A stretch of DNA of 64,000 nt. Source: an uncultured Acidobacteriota bacterium (GTDB taxonomy: Bacteria > Acidobacteriota > Terriglobia > Terriglobales > Acidobacteriaceae). The DNA is taken from contig CAWEGL010000001.1 of NCBI GenBank assembly GCA_963808795.1, positions 127,381 through 191,380 of the forward strand, written 5' to 3'. This document shows positions 1 to 9,595 of the stretch, piece by piece. Positions within the stretch are counted from its first letter, which is position 1. Every line of letters starts with the position of its first letter. The notes under the pieces are model-generated. The model worked only from the letters and a program-made list of their open reading frames with translations. It did not search any database and was not told the DNA's origin. Made by a program: the position numbers and the translations under genes.

Positions 1-2
1 CG

Positions 3-1488
3 ACGTTGGGGCATCAGGATCAGGCCGGAGCGCTCTACCGCAAGAGCGCCCTCCTAATCGACTCCTTGCTCGAGAATGTTCCAACCCCCTTCGTCGAGCG
101 GCTGCTGCTCACCGAAATGGGTGAGGTCTACGCCGGCTATTTTGTTCTGAAGTGCCGTAGTCACGACTACGATCAGGCTCTTCGCATACTGGAGGAAGCA
201 CGGGGGAGGATCGAGGCACAGGCGCTGGAACATCATGGTTATCCGGCACCACACGCACCCACATCCGCCGAGCGGCATCTGGCGATGCTGAATGTGGCGC
301 TTCTGGACACCGACGATCCAGCCACACGGCAGGAACTTTCGGATCAGGTTCAGGATTCCGAGTCGACGCTCGATCAGCGGTCTCTGGCATCGGCCGCCAT
401 CGAACATTCGGTCAGTCTCGGGCATCTTGAAGCAGATCTCTCCAAAAACGAATTATTCGTGGAATACGTTCTTGCCGATCCCCATTCCTATGCGCTCGCC
501 GTGACACATACCTCTGCCCACGCCTACGAACTTGCGAGCAGGACCAGGATCGAAACCGACGCCAAAGAATATCGCGCGAGTATTCGGGATCAGCACGCAA
601 ATTCAGCCCTCGGCGACGCCCTCTTTCACGAACTCTTCGGCAAGATTCCCGAGTATCGGGATCATTCAACCCTGATCGTTGTGCCAGACGGAGAACTGGA
701 TCTCCTCCCGTTCGGCGCCCTCACCGTTCAAGGGATTCCGCTGGTTGAGAGCCACATGATCGCCACCTGTCCCTCGGCCACAGTCTTTTCGCTCCTGGAA
801 AACAGACGGGCGGTGGACGCCGATCCTCCGCTGCCCTACTTAGGCGTGGCGGCATGGGTCACGGATGCAAAAGTCGTGGGCCCGGTCTTTCGCGTCTTCT
901 CCGGATTCAGCGAAGCAAGTCTAAAACCGCTCCCGGAGAGTAAGACCGAGGTCGAAACGATCGCATCGGATCTCCCCAAGCCGAGCACTCTCCTTCTCGG
1001 AGCGGGCGCTACGGCAAGGCGGTTCAAGGAACTGCCGCTCTCCAAATTCAATGTCCTCCACCTGGCCCTGCACGGCTACGTCGACACGAGCTACCCGGAC
1101 CAATCGGCGCTCATCTTCGCGCCGGAGCACAACGAATCTGTCCGAAAGCATGTTGCAGGTCCGGCAAATCCGAAACCTGCATCTTGACGCACGGCTTGTC
1201 ACCCTCTCTGCTTGCGATACAGGCGTCGGCCCGGTAGGAGAAGAGGGTGTCGACAATATCGTGAACGCATTCATTGAAGCCGGCGCGGACTCTGTCGTGT
1301 CGACCTTATGGGAGCTTGAGGACCATTCCACCGAACACCTCATGGCCGAGTTTTATGCACGCCTTGGCAAAGGCGAATCGAAAGGCGAGGCTCTTCGCGG
1401 CGCCCAACGCGAATTGATCAAAGAAGGAGTCAAACCTTACTATTGGGCCAGCTTCGAACTGGTTGGAGACCCCAACGGCACGATCTAA
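3..1488 (+). pseudogene. CHAT-domain (caspase-like) protein, 5' end outside the window, split by a +1 frameshift near 1140
   Basis: ORF 6..1187 has the CHAT motifs VPDGELDLLPF and LHLALHG. ORF 1051..1488 continues with LSACDTG, VVSTLWEL and PYYWASF. The frames switch around gaatctg/tccgaaagcatg. Confidence 0.85.
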
Positions 1489-1507
1489 CCCCCCGGAGGA
1501 TTCCCAC

Positions 1508-2743
1508 ATGACCCTCACGCGATCGGATCGGGAAGAGCTGCTGCAGCGAATCGAGAACACCGTTCAGGAGAAGTTCTACGATCCGCAGTTCAACGGCAAA
1601 AACTGGAAGGTAACCGTTGCAAACCACAGGCAGATGGTTGTCAATGCCGATTCAGATCCAGCCTTTGAGGCTGCGGTGACCAATATGCTGGATGAGCTTG
1701 GGTCCAGCGGTCTGGGTATTCTCGGCCCGCATACCGCTGTCACCCCTCGCAGCAGCATCAACGCCAGCTTCCGTGCCGTCTATACGCCGACTGACGGTCT
1801 TCGCTGGGCCTTCCAGGACATTCTGCCCGGCGGTGTTGCAGCGCGGGCGGAGATTAAACCCGCAGATCTCCTGATCGCGGTCGCCGGGCGTGAAGCGGAG
1901 CCTCCCCACTCGCCGGCCTTCGAAATGGATCGAGAGACTGAGATCACGATCTCGCGAGCAGGTGAAAGGCGCACCGTCCATATCGATCTCAGAACCAGGA
2001 AGCCCAAGTACAAAACCAATCCGTACTCCGAGCCACGAAGCGTCGCAGCCTCGCTCCTTGAGAAGTCCGTCGCGAACCTGAAGGTGAGTCTATTCCCGGG
2101 CTATATCGGCATCGACTTCGCAAACGAAGTGTCCGCAGCCTTCGACAGGACCTTCCAAAGCGCCGATGGCCTCCTCATCGACCTGCGGGGGAACCCTGGG
2201 GGTGGAATCGGCGGCCTTCGCATCATGAGCTACCTGACCCCCGGCAAAACGCCAATCGGCTTCAGCCTTGATCGCCCCATGGCCGAACATGGCTATGACA
2301 AGGAGAAACTGCCCCGGTTCGGACACATTCCCCGGTTCAAATTCGAGCTTCTGCCCCTGGCTCTCAAATTTGCCGGAAAGAGGTCCATCGCGCTCGTCAC
2401 CGAAGGCCTCGGCAAGCGCACTTTCCACGGGCGCGTGGTGATTCTGGTGAACGAGCACTCCACAGGGGCCGCTGAGATGCTGGCTCAATTTGCGCAGGAG
2501 AATCACCTTGCCATAATCGTTGGCAATCGTACCGCCGGTCGTTTGGTATCGCGATCCGGCGTCAAAATCGGGCATGATTACACCCTGGTACTTCCTGTGG
2601 CGGCATATACGAGCTGGAACGGTGTCCGGATCGAAGGCAAAGGGATCACGCCAGACATCCCCGTGGACTGGTCGTACGAAGCGGCGCTAGAGGGCCAGGA
2701 TCCGCAACTCCAAACAGCATTAGCGACGCTCAACGCCGCATAA
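1508..2743 (+). CDS. PDZ-containing S41-family peptidase homologue, probably inactive
   Basis: PDZ-like GGVAARAEIKPADLLIAV and S41 motifs IDLRGNPGG, VILVNEHSTGAAE, IEGKGITPD. GGAGGA RBS before ATG 1508. No signal peptide. Confidence 0.85.
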   Translation: MTLTRSDREELLQRIENTVQEKFYDPQFNGKNWKVTVANHRQMVVNADSDPAFEAAVTNMLDELGSSGLGILGPHTAVTPRSSINASFRAVYTPTDGLRWAFQDILPGGVAARAEIKPADLLIAVAGREAEPPHSPAFEMDRETEITISRAGERRTVHIDLRTRKPKYKTNPYSEPRSVAASLLEKSVANLKVSLFPGYIGIDFANEVSAAFDRTFQSADGLLIDLRGNPGGGIGGLRIMSYLTPGKTPIGFSLDRPMAEHGYDKEKLPRFGHIPRFKFELLPLALKFAGKRSIALVTEGLGKRTFHGRVVILVNEHSTGAAEMLAQFAQENHLAIIVGNRTAGRLVSRSGVKIGHDYTLVLPVAAYTSWNGVRIEGKGITPDIPVDWSYEAALEGQDPQLQTALATLNAA

Positions 2744-3045
2744 GGACCCGACGTGAGCTGAATCACGTTGGGTCACACTGGCCGGTTATCTGACCGGAAT
2801 GCCGAATCCTAGCGTAAATGCCATTCTTGAAGACCTGTTCTTACTGCTCGCGGCAAGCTGTGGGGAACTCACTCGACGTATTCAGGCATAGTTGGCATAG
2901 AAGCGTACATTCATTCAGTCCGCAAGGTCTCCACTGGGTCAACGTGGGCCGCGCGTCTCGGATGATCGGGATGTCGTCAATTCAACGGCTGGGGAACATA
3001 CGCCTGCCTGCTGCGAGCGATTGACGCAAACTCGGCATAATCTGG

Positions 3046-3801
3046 TTATCCGAACCTCGACTTCAAAAAGACTTCGGGGCTGTCGACGAGCAGTGGGCTT
3101 CGCGAGCGGAACGCCTCCGCGTACTGGACGTTTACAAGGCTGCCGACATACCGGTCCTCGGCGCTGTAACTGTCCGGCAGAGTGGACCGTTCGCCGCTGA
3201 AAACAGCGGCATAGGCACGAAGCGCCTCCAGTTTCCGATCATAAACGTCGCTCACATCGACAGCGAAGTCAAACCTGTCCCATGCGGGCTCCATTCTGCA
3301 GTGCCCGAAAAAGAGCCGCTCGATTTCGTGGGGCTCGGTACCATTCAAATAATCGCCGCCTGGAACATCGTTCCATTTTGGCAGTCTGGCATAGAAGACG
3401 CCGTTGACTACGATCCTTGTAACCGCTTCATGATCGGGATGCACGCCCGACCCCAGCGTGGTGAACACGATCCGGGGTCGGTACTCTCGTACGATGCGCG
3501 ATACCTGCAATCGCGCCTCTATCGAATCGACGATGAGTCTATCTCTGAGCGGGAGCGTGATCCGATCGACCCCCAATACCTCCGCGGCTTTTGTCGCTTG
3601 CTGGTGCCGTACGCCGCGTTCGGCATAGCGGGCCGGCTCCCCGTCGCACAAATCAACATACAATACTGAGCGCCCACTCCGAACCATTTTCACGCTGGTT
3701 CCACCCATGACCGCTTCGAGATCGTCGGGGTGCGCTCCGAAGGCAACGACGTCACACATTTTCGAACCATGTTCCTGGCCGGATGGAACTGAGGCGCTCA
3801 T
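3046..3801 (-). CDS. PIG-L family deacetylase (BshB1-like)
   Basis: AHPDD and HPDH metal-binding motifs; C-terminal YAEAF. Confidence 0.85.
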   Translation of the reverse strand: MSASVPSGQEHGSKMCDVVAFGAHPDDLEAVMGGTSVKMVRSGRSVLYVDLCDGEPARYAERGVRHQQATKAAEVLGVDRITLPLRDRLIVDSIEARLQVSRIVREYRPRIVFTTLGSGVHPDHEAVTRIVVNGVFYARLPKWNDVPGGDYLNGTEPHEIERLFFGHCRMEPAWDRFDFAVDVSDVYDRKLEALRAYAAVFSGERSTLPDSYSAEDRYVGSLVNVQYAEAFRSRSPLLVDSPEVFLKSRFG

Positions 3802-3854
3802 CGACTCCCTCCCGCAACGCGGTATCTGGACCTGTCATGCGCATTTCATCCAGG

Positions 3855-3985
3855 CAAAGGAACGAGACGCCTCCGTCTTCCGGAAAACTGCACCTCAGAC
3901 CGATGAGGAAATATCGTAGCGGATCAAGCAGGGTGATGCACTGCACCGCCTGTGGCATTTCTGCATTTGGCGTTGCGAAGCCGGA
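3855..3985 (-). pseudogene. Relic of an ABC-2 permease 3' region, homologous to about 51352..51485
   Basis: Reads MPQAVQCITLLDPLRYFLIGLRCSFPEDGG versus MPQAVQYITLLDPLRYFLIVLRGSFLEGGG in the intact gene; nucleotide similarity is visible by eye. Confidence 0.85.
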
Positions 3986-4225
3986 CGGAACACTCGCATC
4001 TCGAAGCGAGAGCGTCTTACCGGGCGCATGAGAGAAACAGCCCGTAAATCCGATGATCGCGGGCCGTTCGGGGATTTTTGCTTGATTCTGCTACCCTGAA
4101 TCCCTCAAGAACCCGAGGCTCCTGTGGCCCTTCCAACAAATCCAATCATCACCGTAGAAAAACAGTTCGCGATTCCTGAGGTTTACATCTGTTTTCAGAG
4201 GATCACGCCGGCTGTATACGGGGTC

Positions 4226-4241
4226 TGTGACGGCGATCACA
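4226..4241. promoter_or_regulatory. CRP-type binding site
   Basis: TGTGA-CGGCGA-TCACA, a perfect consensus. Confidence 0.75.
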
Positions 4242-4413
4242 TGCTTGGAGAGTCCGCGCCAGAAATCGTACTGGATTTGCAATCTCGCGCACTCTCTACA
4301 AAAAATGCCAAATACCGGTCAAGCACCTCCGTGAAACTCGCACACAACCCTGTGTGCTGCGAATGAATCCTCCGCCCGGTCCTAGGCTCTTTCGAGAATC
4401 GACCGAACCATGG

Positions 4414-4533
4414 TTTCCAGAGGCGGGGTAGCTGTTTGAATGGAGTACTTGCAATCGGGTGCGCCTTCGCCCTTCCCGCGAATCCCCAACCTTCTGTGCT
4501 TGCTTTACCATGCAGCTACCCCGCTTCTGGAAA
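4414..4533. repeat. 21-bp inverted repeat with a 78-bp spacer
   Basis: tttccagaggcggggtagctg (4414-4434) and cagctaccccgcttctggaaa (4513-4533), 1 mismatch. Confidence 0.9.
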
Positions 4534-4621
4534 TTTCTCTATTGACCGGCTGACGGACTCCTTGTAAAGATGAGCAACCGCCATTCGTCCCACCACGATC
4601 TCGCCAATGCCGCCAAGGGGG

Positions 4622-5107
4622 TCAGTTCTGTAACTCATGGAAAGCGGCCCGGTCCCAGGCTGGCGCGAATAAAGTCGCAGATAGATCGGTATCGCAATGA
4701 GGCAATGATCGTTTGGCGATGAACGCCTCGCCCAAAAATAGGTGAGCGTTGCCCTTCAAGTCGAGAAAGCCGACGCCGCTCTCCACGCACAGCGCCCGTG
4801 TCTCCGCCAGCAGAGAGGGCGCGATGAAGACAGGTGTCGCGCCTCCAGCAAAATGAGCAGCCTGGTTGCGCAACTTCAACAGAGTCGTACGGACATCCGT
4901 AGCCTGGCCGTCGGCTGCCACCTTACAAACAATCGTTTGGCAGTGACCCCACACGTCGATGTGCGCCATGACGTCGATGGCGTGGTCAACGGCCGGAGAT
5001 GCGCACCTGATTTCGAGCAATTTGATTGCGGAGATCTGTTCCATCAGTGCCTTGAGCGCGTCGGCCGCTCGGGCATTCAAATCTTTCCTTGCTATCGAAG
5101 TGGTCAT
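4622..5107 (-). CDS. Hypothetical protein resembling the N-terminal part of AbiEi-like (type IV TA antitoxin) proteins
   Basis: PVFIAPSL..ETRALC...GVGFLDLKGNAHLFL motif recognised from memory. Start placed at MTTSIARK after a purine-rich stretch. Confidence 0.45.
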   Translation of the reverse strand: MTTSIARKDLNARAADALKALMEQISAIKLLEIRCASPAVDHAIDVMAHIDVWGHCQTIVCKVAADGQATDVRTTLLKLRNQAAHFAGGATPVFIAPSLLAETRALCVESGVGFLDLKGNAHLFLGEAFIAKRSLPHCDTDLSATLFAPAWDRAAFHELQN

Positions 5108-5240
5108 TTCCGGGCTTCTCCCCCGTGCTCTAAGGTTGAAGTTGCTGGCGGTCATGGCGCTTCGTAACCAGCGGGCGAAGAGACATCGAGAACTGCGCGG
5201 CAGGCTTGACCCGTGGGCCGCGGAGCGTAAGAGGATACGG

Positions 5241-5954
5241 TTAAGCAGCAAGGCGTTCGAGTTGCTCGTGCCTGACGATAGTCAGGCACGAGCCGTGAAT
5301 GGTGATCCACTGGTTACGACGGAACTGGTTTAAGGAGCGCGTAACGGTTTCCCGCGATGTTCCGGTCATGTTGGCGATCTCTTCGTGCGTCAGCGCCATG
5401 GTGAAACGGATCTCGGATTTGCCGTCAGCCGCTGCGTGCCCCCATTCAAGCAAGAGACGCGCCAGCCTCCCTGCCGACGAGCCCGGCAGCGCCAGTCGCT
5501 GGGCATCGTGAAATGCAGTGAGGTACTCGGTGGAGAGCATCTGCGCCGCGTGCATGGAGGCGATACCGTGGCGGCCCAAGAACTCGATGAACTCACACTT
5601 GTGCATGATCTTGACTCGGCATGGCTCGATGGTCTCTGCGGTGGCTTCGTGCAAAACATTCTCGAGTATTGCGCTCAGGCCCAGCACCTCCCCGGGGCCG
5701 GCGATCTTCAAGATCATGGTTTTGCTATCGCGTGAGGTGGTAGAGATTTTCACCTGCCCGGAGCAAATCACGAAGACGTTCCGTACCGGGTCGCCCTCGG
5801 AAAACAGCTTGGCTCCGGGAGCCGGGCTCATCATGAATCCGATCTTTTCGTAATCGGTAAGCGTCGCCGCCGTGAAGTTGCAGAAGGTTAGTTGATGGCG
5901 AAACTCACAACTCAAACAGTCTTCCGGTGCGTGATGCAGGTAAAGCGAAGCCAT
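5241..5954 (-). CDS. Crp/Fnr family regulator with an N-terminal Cys cluster
   Basis: CLSC-x8-C at the N-terminus; cNMP-fold GPGEVLG; HTH EEIANMTGTSRETVTR. Confidence 0.92.
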   Translation of the reverse strand: MASLYLHHAPEDCLSCEFRHQLTFCNFTAATLTDYEKIGFMMSPAPGAKLFSEGDPVRNVFVICSGQVKISTTSRDSKTMILKIAGPGEVLGLSAILENVLHEATAETIEPCRVKIMHKCEFIEFLGRHGIASMHAAQMLSTEYLTAFHDAQRLALPGSSAGRLARLLLEWGHAAADGKSEIRFTMALTHEEIANMTGTSRETVTRSLNQFRRNQWITIHGSCLTIVRHEQLERLAA

Positions 5955-6172
5955 TGCGTTACTCCCGGGAATAAACGCTCCAGGTCCCGGAACACGACTG
6001 GGACGCGCCTCGGACACCCACAGGCATCGGCGCGCACATAGCGCCTACTCGGTGTCCTCAAGTGGTCGGAGACTTGAAGCTTTCACTTTGTTAGCTCGAA
6101 CGCGATCCCTCGGGGGACCTGGGAAACATCCAAGCGCTATGAGTAGCATGGCACCACCTCGTCACACGGATA

Positions 6173-6206
6173 TGTGACGGCGATCACATCTGTGATAGGG
6201 ATCACA
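6173..6206. promoter_or_regulatory. Two tandem perfect CRP-type boxes
   Basis: TGTGA-CGGCGA-TCACA (6173-6188) and TGTGA-TAGGGA-TCACA (6191-6206), in the divergent region upstream of the crp/fnr gene. Confidence 0.85.
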
Positions 6207-6349
6207 TTGTTAAGCGACGAAGGGAAAAACCAGTCACTGACCTGTGGGGGAGCTTGGCTCCGGAATGCAGTAACACCGGATTCGCTGTAGGGCTAATTGC
6301 GTGGGGATGGAATCGGTGCCATACTTAAGCCGGTTTTGGGGGGTGGCAA

Positions 6350-6682
6350 ATGAATCATTTGCTTCGACTGTCCGTAGTCGGCGGGCTGATCGCGTCCGCA
6401 GTCCTCATCCTTGCCGTGGGATTAGCCCGGCACGACGCCGATCTTCTGGCGCCGGTGCATCTGATCCTGTTCGTACTAGGAATAGCGGCGTATCTGTTGC
6501 CAACGATGCTGGCCTTGTATCGGAACAGCAAAGCAACGGTCTGGATTGCCGTTCTGAATGTCTTTCTCGGATGGACGCTCTTCGGCTGGTTTATAGCGAT
6601 TGGTTGGGCGGCAGGTGGCGAAGTTCGGGCACTGCCTTTCACAGTTCCGACTCCGCCCAAGCAGGCCCTTCAAGGGCATTGA
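6350..6682 (+). CDS. Superinfection immunity (T4 Imm-like) membrane protein
   Basis: YLLPT..A..R....IAVLNVFLGWTLFGW..A..WA signature; hydrophobic helices. Confidence 0.8.
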   Translation: MNHLLRLSVVGGLIASAVLILAVGLARHDADLLAPVHLILFVLGIAAYLLPTMLALYRNSKATVWIAVLNVFLGWTLFGWFIAIGWAAGGEVRALPFTVPTPPKQALQGH

Positions 6683-7197
6683 ACGATTTGCGGTCAGAGC
6701 ACTGCCACGTCGGCTGCATTGGCTCCGTCGGAGTTCAGAGCCACGCATGGGAGTATTCTGTGCTTGGAGACATCGAACGATTCCCAATGCTTCATCGTGC
6801 CCTCGGGTAGCAATTAGCAAGTCGTTGATCTGCGGAGATGGCTGCATGGCAGGGAAAACGAATAATGGGCACCTCGAAGAACTGAGCCAGTTTCTCCAGA
6901 TCGGAGATTGACGGTTTCTAAGTTGCAGTTTCCCATCGAGAGAGACGTGTGACTTAGCTCACTGACGTCTGTTCGCCCGGATGCTCCACTGTGCTCAAGA
7001 GGCCGGTTCTGTCCCTGGTGTGCTTTTCCCATTCCTTCATGACCGGGGCGACCCGGACTCCGTAGGTGTCCATAGGCCATTGCATCCGGCAATCTATGCC
7101 GAATGCCAGTGAGCCGCATACGCGTCACGCTCAAATCGGGAAATCTAGACCGCGGACTTCCGCACCAGCAAACCACCACAGGGCTGCACTCCATAGA

Positions 7198-7217
7198 CTT
7201 AACCCGTCTGGGTTAAG
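7198..7217. promoter_or_regulatory. Perfect palindrome, candidate operator
   Basis: CTTAACCC-gtct-GGGTTAAG about 30 bp upstream of ATG 7247. Confidence 0.45.
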
Positions 7218-7246
7218 TGGTATTCCGTTGAGCGGAGGGAGAGCAA

Positions 7247-8341
7247 ATGGACGCAATGACGCGATCCACCGAACCCGACCAAAGAAGACGTACTTTGGAA
7301 TACATTTTTGCTCACTTCCCCAAAGGCCAAGAGGCGGAAACACGAATGCTGCCCGATATACCCCGCGCCGGGGGCCTGGTCAGGAGCGGTCGCCGGTGGG
7401 GTGTCATTCTGGCTGGTGGCGACGGCGTGCGCCTGCGGCCCTTGACGAAACTGATCTGCGGCGACGATCGGCCCAAGCAGTTTTGCCCTCTGTTCGGCGG
7501 AAGGACGCTGTTGGGCCAAACTCTCAAACGCTCGGAGCGGACCATTCCGCGGGAGCAACTACTCGTTTCGCTTTCGGGCCTTCACAGGGAGTGGTATTCG
7601 CTGGAAGCGGGCCTGCGCCCGTCGCAGCGGGTGGTGCAACCGGAGAATAAAGGCACGGCTCCCGCCATTCTGCACAGCTTGCTCAGTCTCGCCCAGTTGG
7701 ATGCGCAAGCCATCGTCGCGATTCTGCCCTGCGATCACCATTATTCCGACGAGCAGTTGTTTGCATCCGCGCTGGAATGCGCGTTCCAAACTGCGGCGGA
7801 GCGGGCGGACTCCGTTATTCTGCTGGGAGCGAAGCCCGATTATCCGGAAGTCGAGTATGGGGGGATCGAACTGGGTTCGCCTCTCGGATGCAAGGGTCGC
7901 GATCTGTTTCGGGTGCGAAGCTTCCGGGAGAAGCCTGCCATCGACGTAGCCCGAAAGTTGCTTGATCAAGGCTCGGTGTGGAACACGTTCGTGATGGTGG
8001 GGCATGTGCATGCCTTCTTGCAGATGGTTCAAACCGCTCTTCCCGGCCTGCTCGATGTGCTTGCGTCGGCACGCATGTGGATAGGGGAGGAGACGCACAT
8101 CGAACGCTCCCTTTACCAGCGCATCCCCTCTGTCAATTTTTCCTGCCGGGTGTTGTCTGCGAATCCTGAATGCTTGGCAGTGCTCCGGCTGAAAAATGTC
8201 GGATGGATCGATCTGGGCGATCCGGGGCGGGCCTTCTTAGCGGCGTGCAAGAGCGGTTCCGACCCTGGGTGGATTCAAGACTGGGGAAGAGTGAGGCCAG
8301 TAGTAAGCGAGGCGCCAGAGAGGGTGCCTGCCGTCGCATAA
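7247..8341 (+). CDS. Sugar-phosphate nucleotidyltransferase (mannose-1-phosphate guanylyltransferase-like, no PMI domain)
   Basis: VILAGGDGVRL, PKQF, PCDH, FREKP and W.DLG motifs. Confidence 0.85.
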   Translation: MDAMTRSTEPDQRRRTLEYIFAHFPKGQEAETRMLPDIPRAGGLVRSGRRWGVILAGGDGVRLRPLTKLICGDDRPKQFCPLFGGRTLLGQTLKRSERTIPREQLLVSLSGLHREWYSLEAGLRPSQRVVQPENKGTAPAILHSLLSLAQLDAQAIVAILPCDHHYSDEQLFASALECAFQTAAERADSVILLGAKPDYPEVEYGGIELGSPLGCKGRDLFRVRSFREKPAIDVARKLLDQGSVWNTFVMVGHVHAFLQMVQTALPGLLDVLASARMWIGEETHIERSLYQRIPSVNFSCRVLSANPECLAVLRLKNVGWIDLGDPGRAFLAACKSGSDPGWIQDWGRVRPVVSEAPERVPAVA

Positions 8342-8949
8342 GTCATCGCCGGATCTAGGTGGGTTTGGACAGATTGGAAATGACAACAACGATGGCATCC
8401 CAGCCAGGCCTTTCCGGCGGCGGGCTCCCGAGTTCGTGGTCCGGGCCGACATCTCCTCGAATGCCCGATCGGGACAGCGAGTGCAACGTCCAGCAGCGAC
8501 TTCGGCGTTGCCGCAATCGCCGAATCGGGAGCCCGGGAGGGCTCGATACGCCTGGAGGAGTAACTCCACGGCAGGACGAGAACAACATAGGGCAAGCAAC
8601 AGAAGGACTGGAGCTGCGATGAAATTCCTCGAGAAAAGCGATGTAAAGAATCACCGGTCTGTCAGCCGGGGCAAAAGTCGCCACGCGCTCAGGCCAGTGG
8701 GCTACCCCGTGGGAGGCAGCTTCCCAAAGATCGAGCCGCGGTTAACAAGGAAGAATACACGATCTTTTGTTGACGACTTCTATTCGGAGCATTCCTCCCT
8801 GGGCATTTCAGTTGCACAGATAGCGATTTCCGCCAGTTCGAATTTTGTGGCACCCGCTATAACCGGAGGGCCACGGGGGCACGATCTAAGTTCTCCCAAT
8901 TGCGTATACTTCGGGTAATTCCTCGAAACATAGATTTCCGGCGCTCGCG

Positions 8950-9456
8950 CTATAGTCTCGGAATCCAGCGTGGCACGCTTTCGTAATAAGTCGCGTAAGA
9001 CGGTCCGAACTGCTTTCTCAGACGCGGCTCCTCGAGAGCAACGACCACGATATGCACGGCCAGGACGGCCAGAAGAGTGAGCAACAGAACGGAGACCGAA
9101 CGCCAGTCGAGTCCCAGGCCGCCGAGGAGCAGAAAAAGACCCAGATACATGGGGTTTCGGCAGTAATGGTAAGGACCGGTGGCCACAAATTCCCTTGGCG
9201 GATCGAAGGGAGCTGGAGTGCCGTGCCCCTGCCACACAAAGAACGCGACGCAGGCCAAGCCAATCGCTCCTCCCAGCGCCATCGAGGCCACGCCCACCGC
9301 ACAGGCCCAGGAAGGCAGCAACAGGCCGAGGGGTCTGTCGAACCGCCGGGCAAATTCAGCAACCATGGCCCAAAAAGCGAAGAACAGGGTCATGAAGACA
9401 ACCGTCCGCGCTGCGATCCACCAAGTTCTCATCTGCTGCCTTACAGAATGGTTCAT
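8950..9456 (-). CDS. Isoprenylcysteine carboxylmethyltransferase/PEMT family membrane methyltransferase
   Basis: GPY...RNPMYLG, EE..L...FG..Y..Y...VPRW motifs. Confidence 0.88.
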   Translation of the reverse strand: MNHSVRQQMRTWWIAARTVVFMTLFFAFWAMVAEFARRFDRPLGLLLPSWACAVGVASMALGGAIGLACVAFFVWQGHGTPAPFDPPREFVATGPYHYCRNPMYLGLFLLLGGLGLDWRSVSVLLLTLLAVLAVHIVVVALEEPRLRKQFGPSYATYYESVPRWIPRL

Positions 9457-9595
9457 AGATCGTGCACCAGAATGCCGCGCCGCCTGATGGCATCGCGCTT
9501 CCGAAGTTCTTTCCCGGCAAGAATAGTGGGCGCCGCACGTGGTCGCAATCGCTGTTTTCCGGTGGCGGCAAACCGCTCTGAAGCGCGATCACCGA

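Noticed and set aside
1130-1160. Programmed ribosomal frameshift in the CHAT gene
   Set aside because: The shift needed is +1. The CGA-AAG present is a -1-type site, and no stimulatory structure is evident.
8345-8950. Possible decayed genes in this gap
   Set aside because: Only vague CMD- or rhodanese-like snippets appear across frames, so nothing is supportable.
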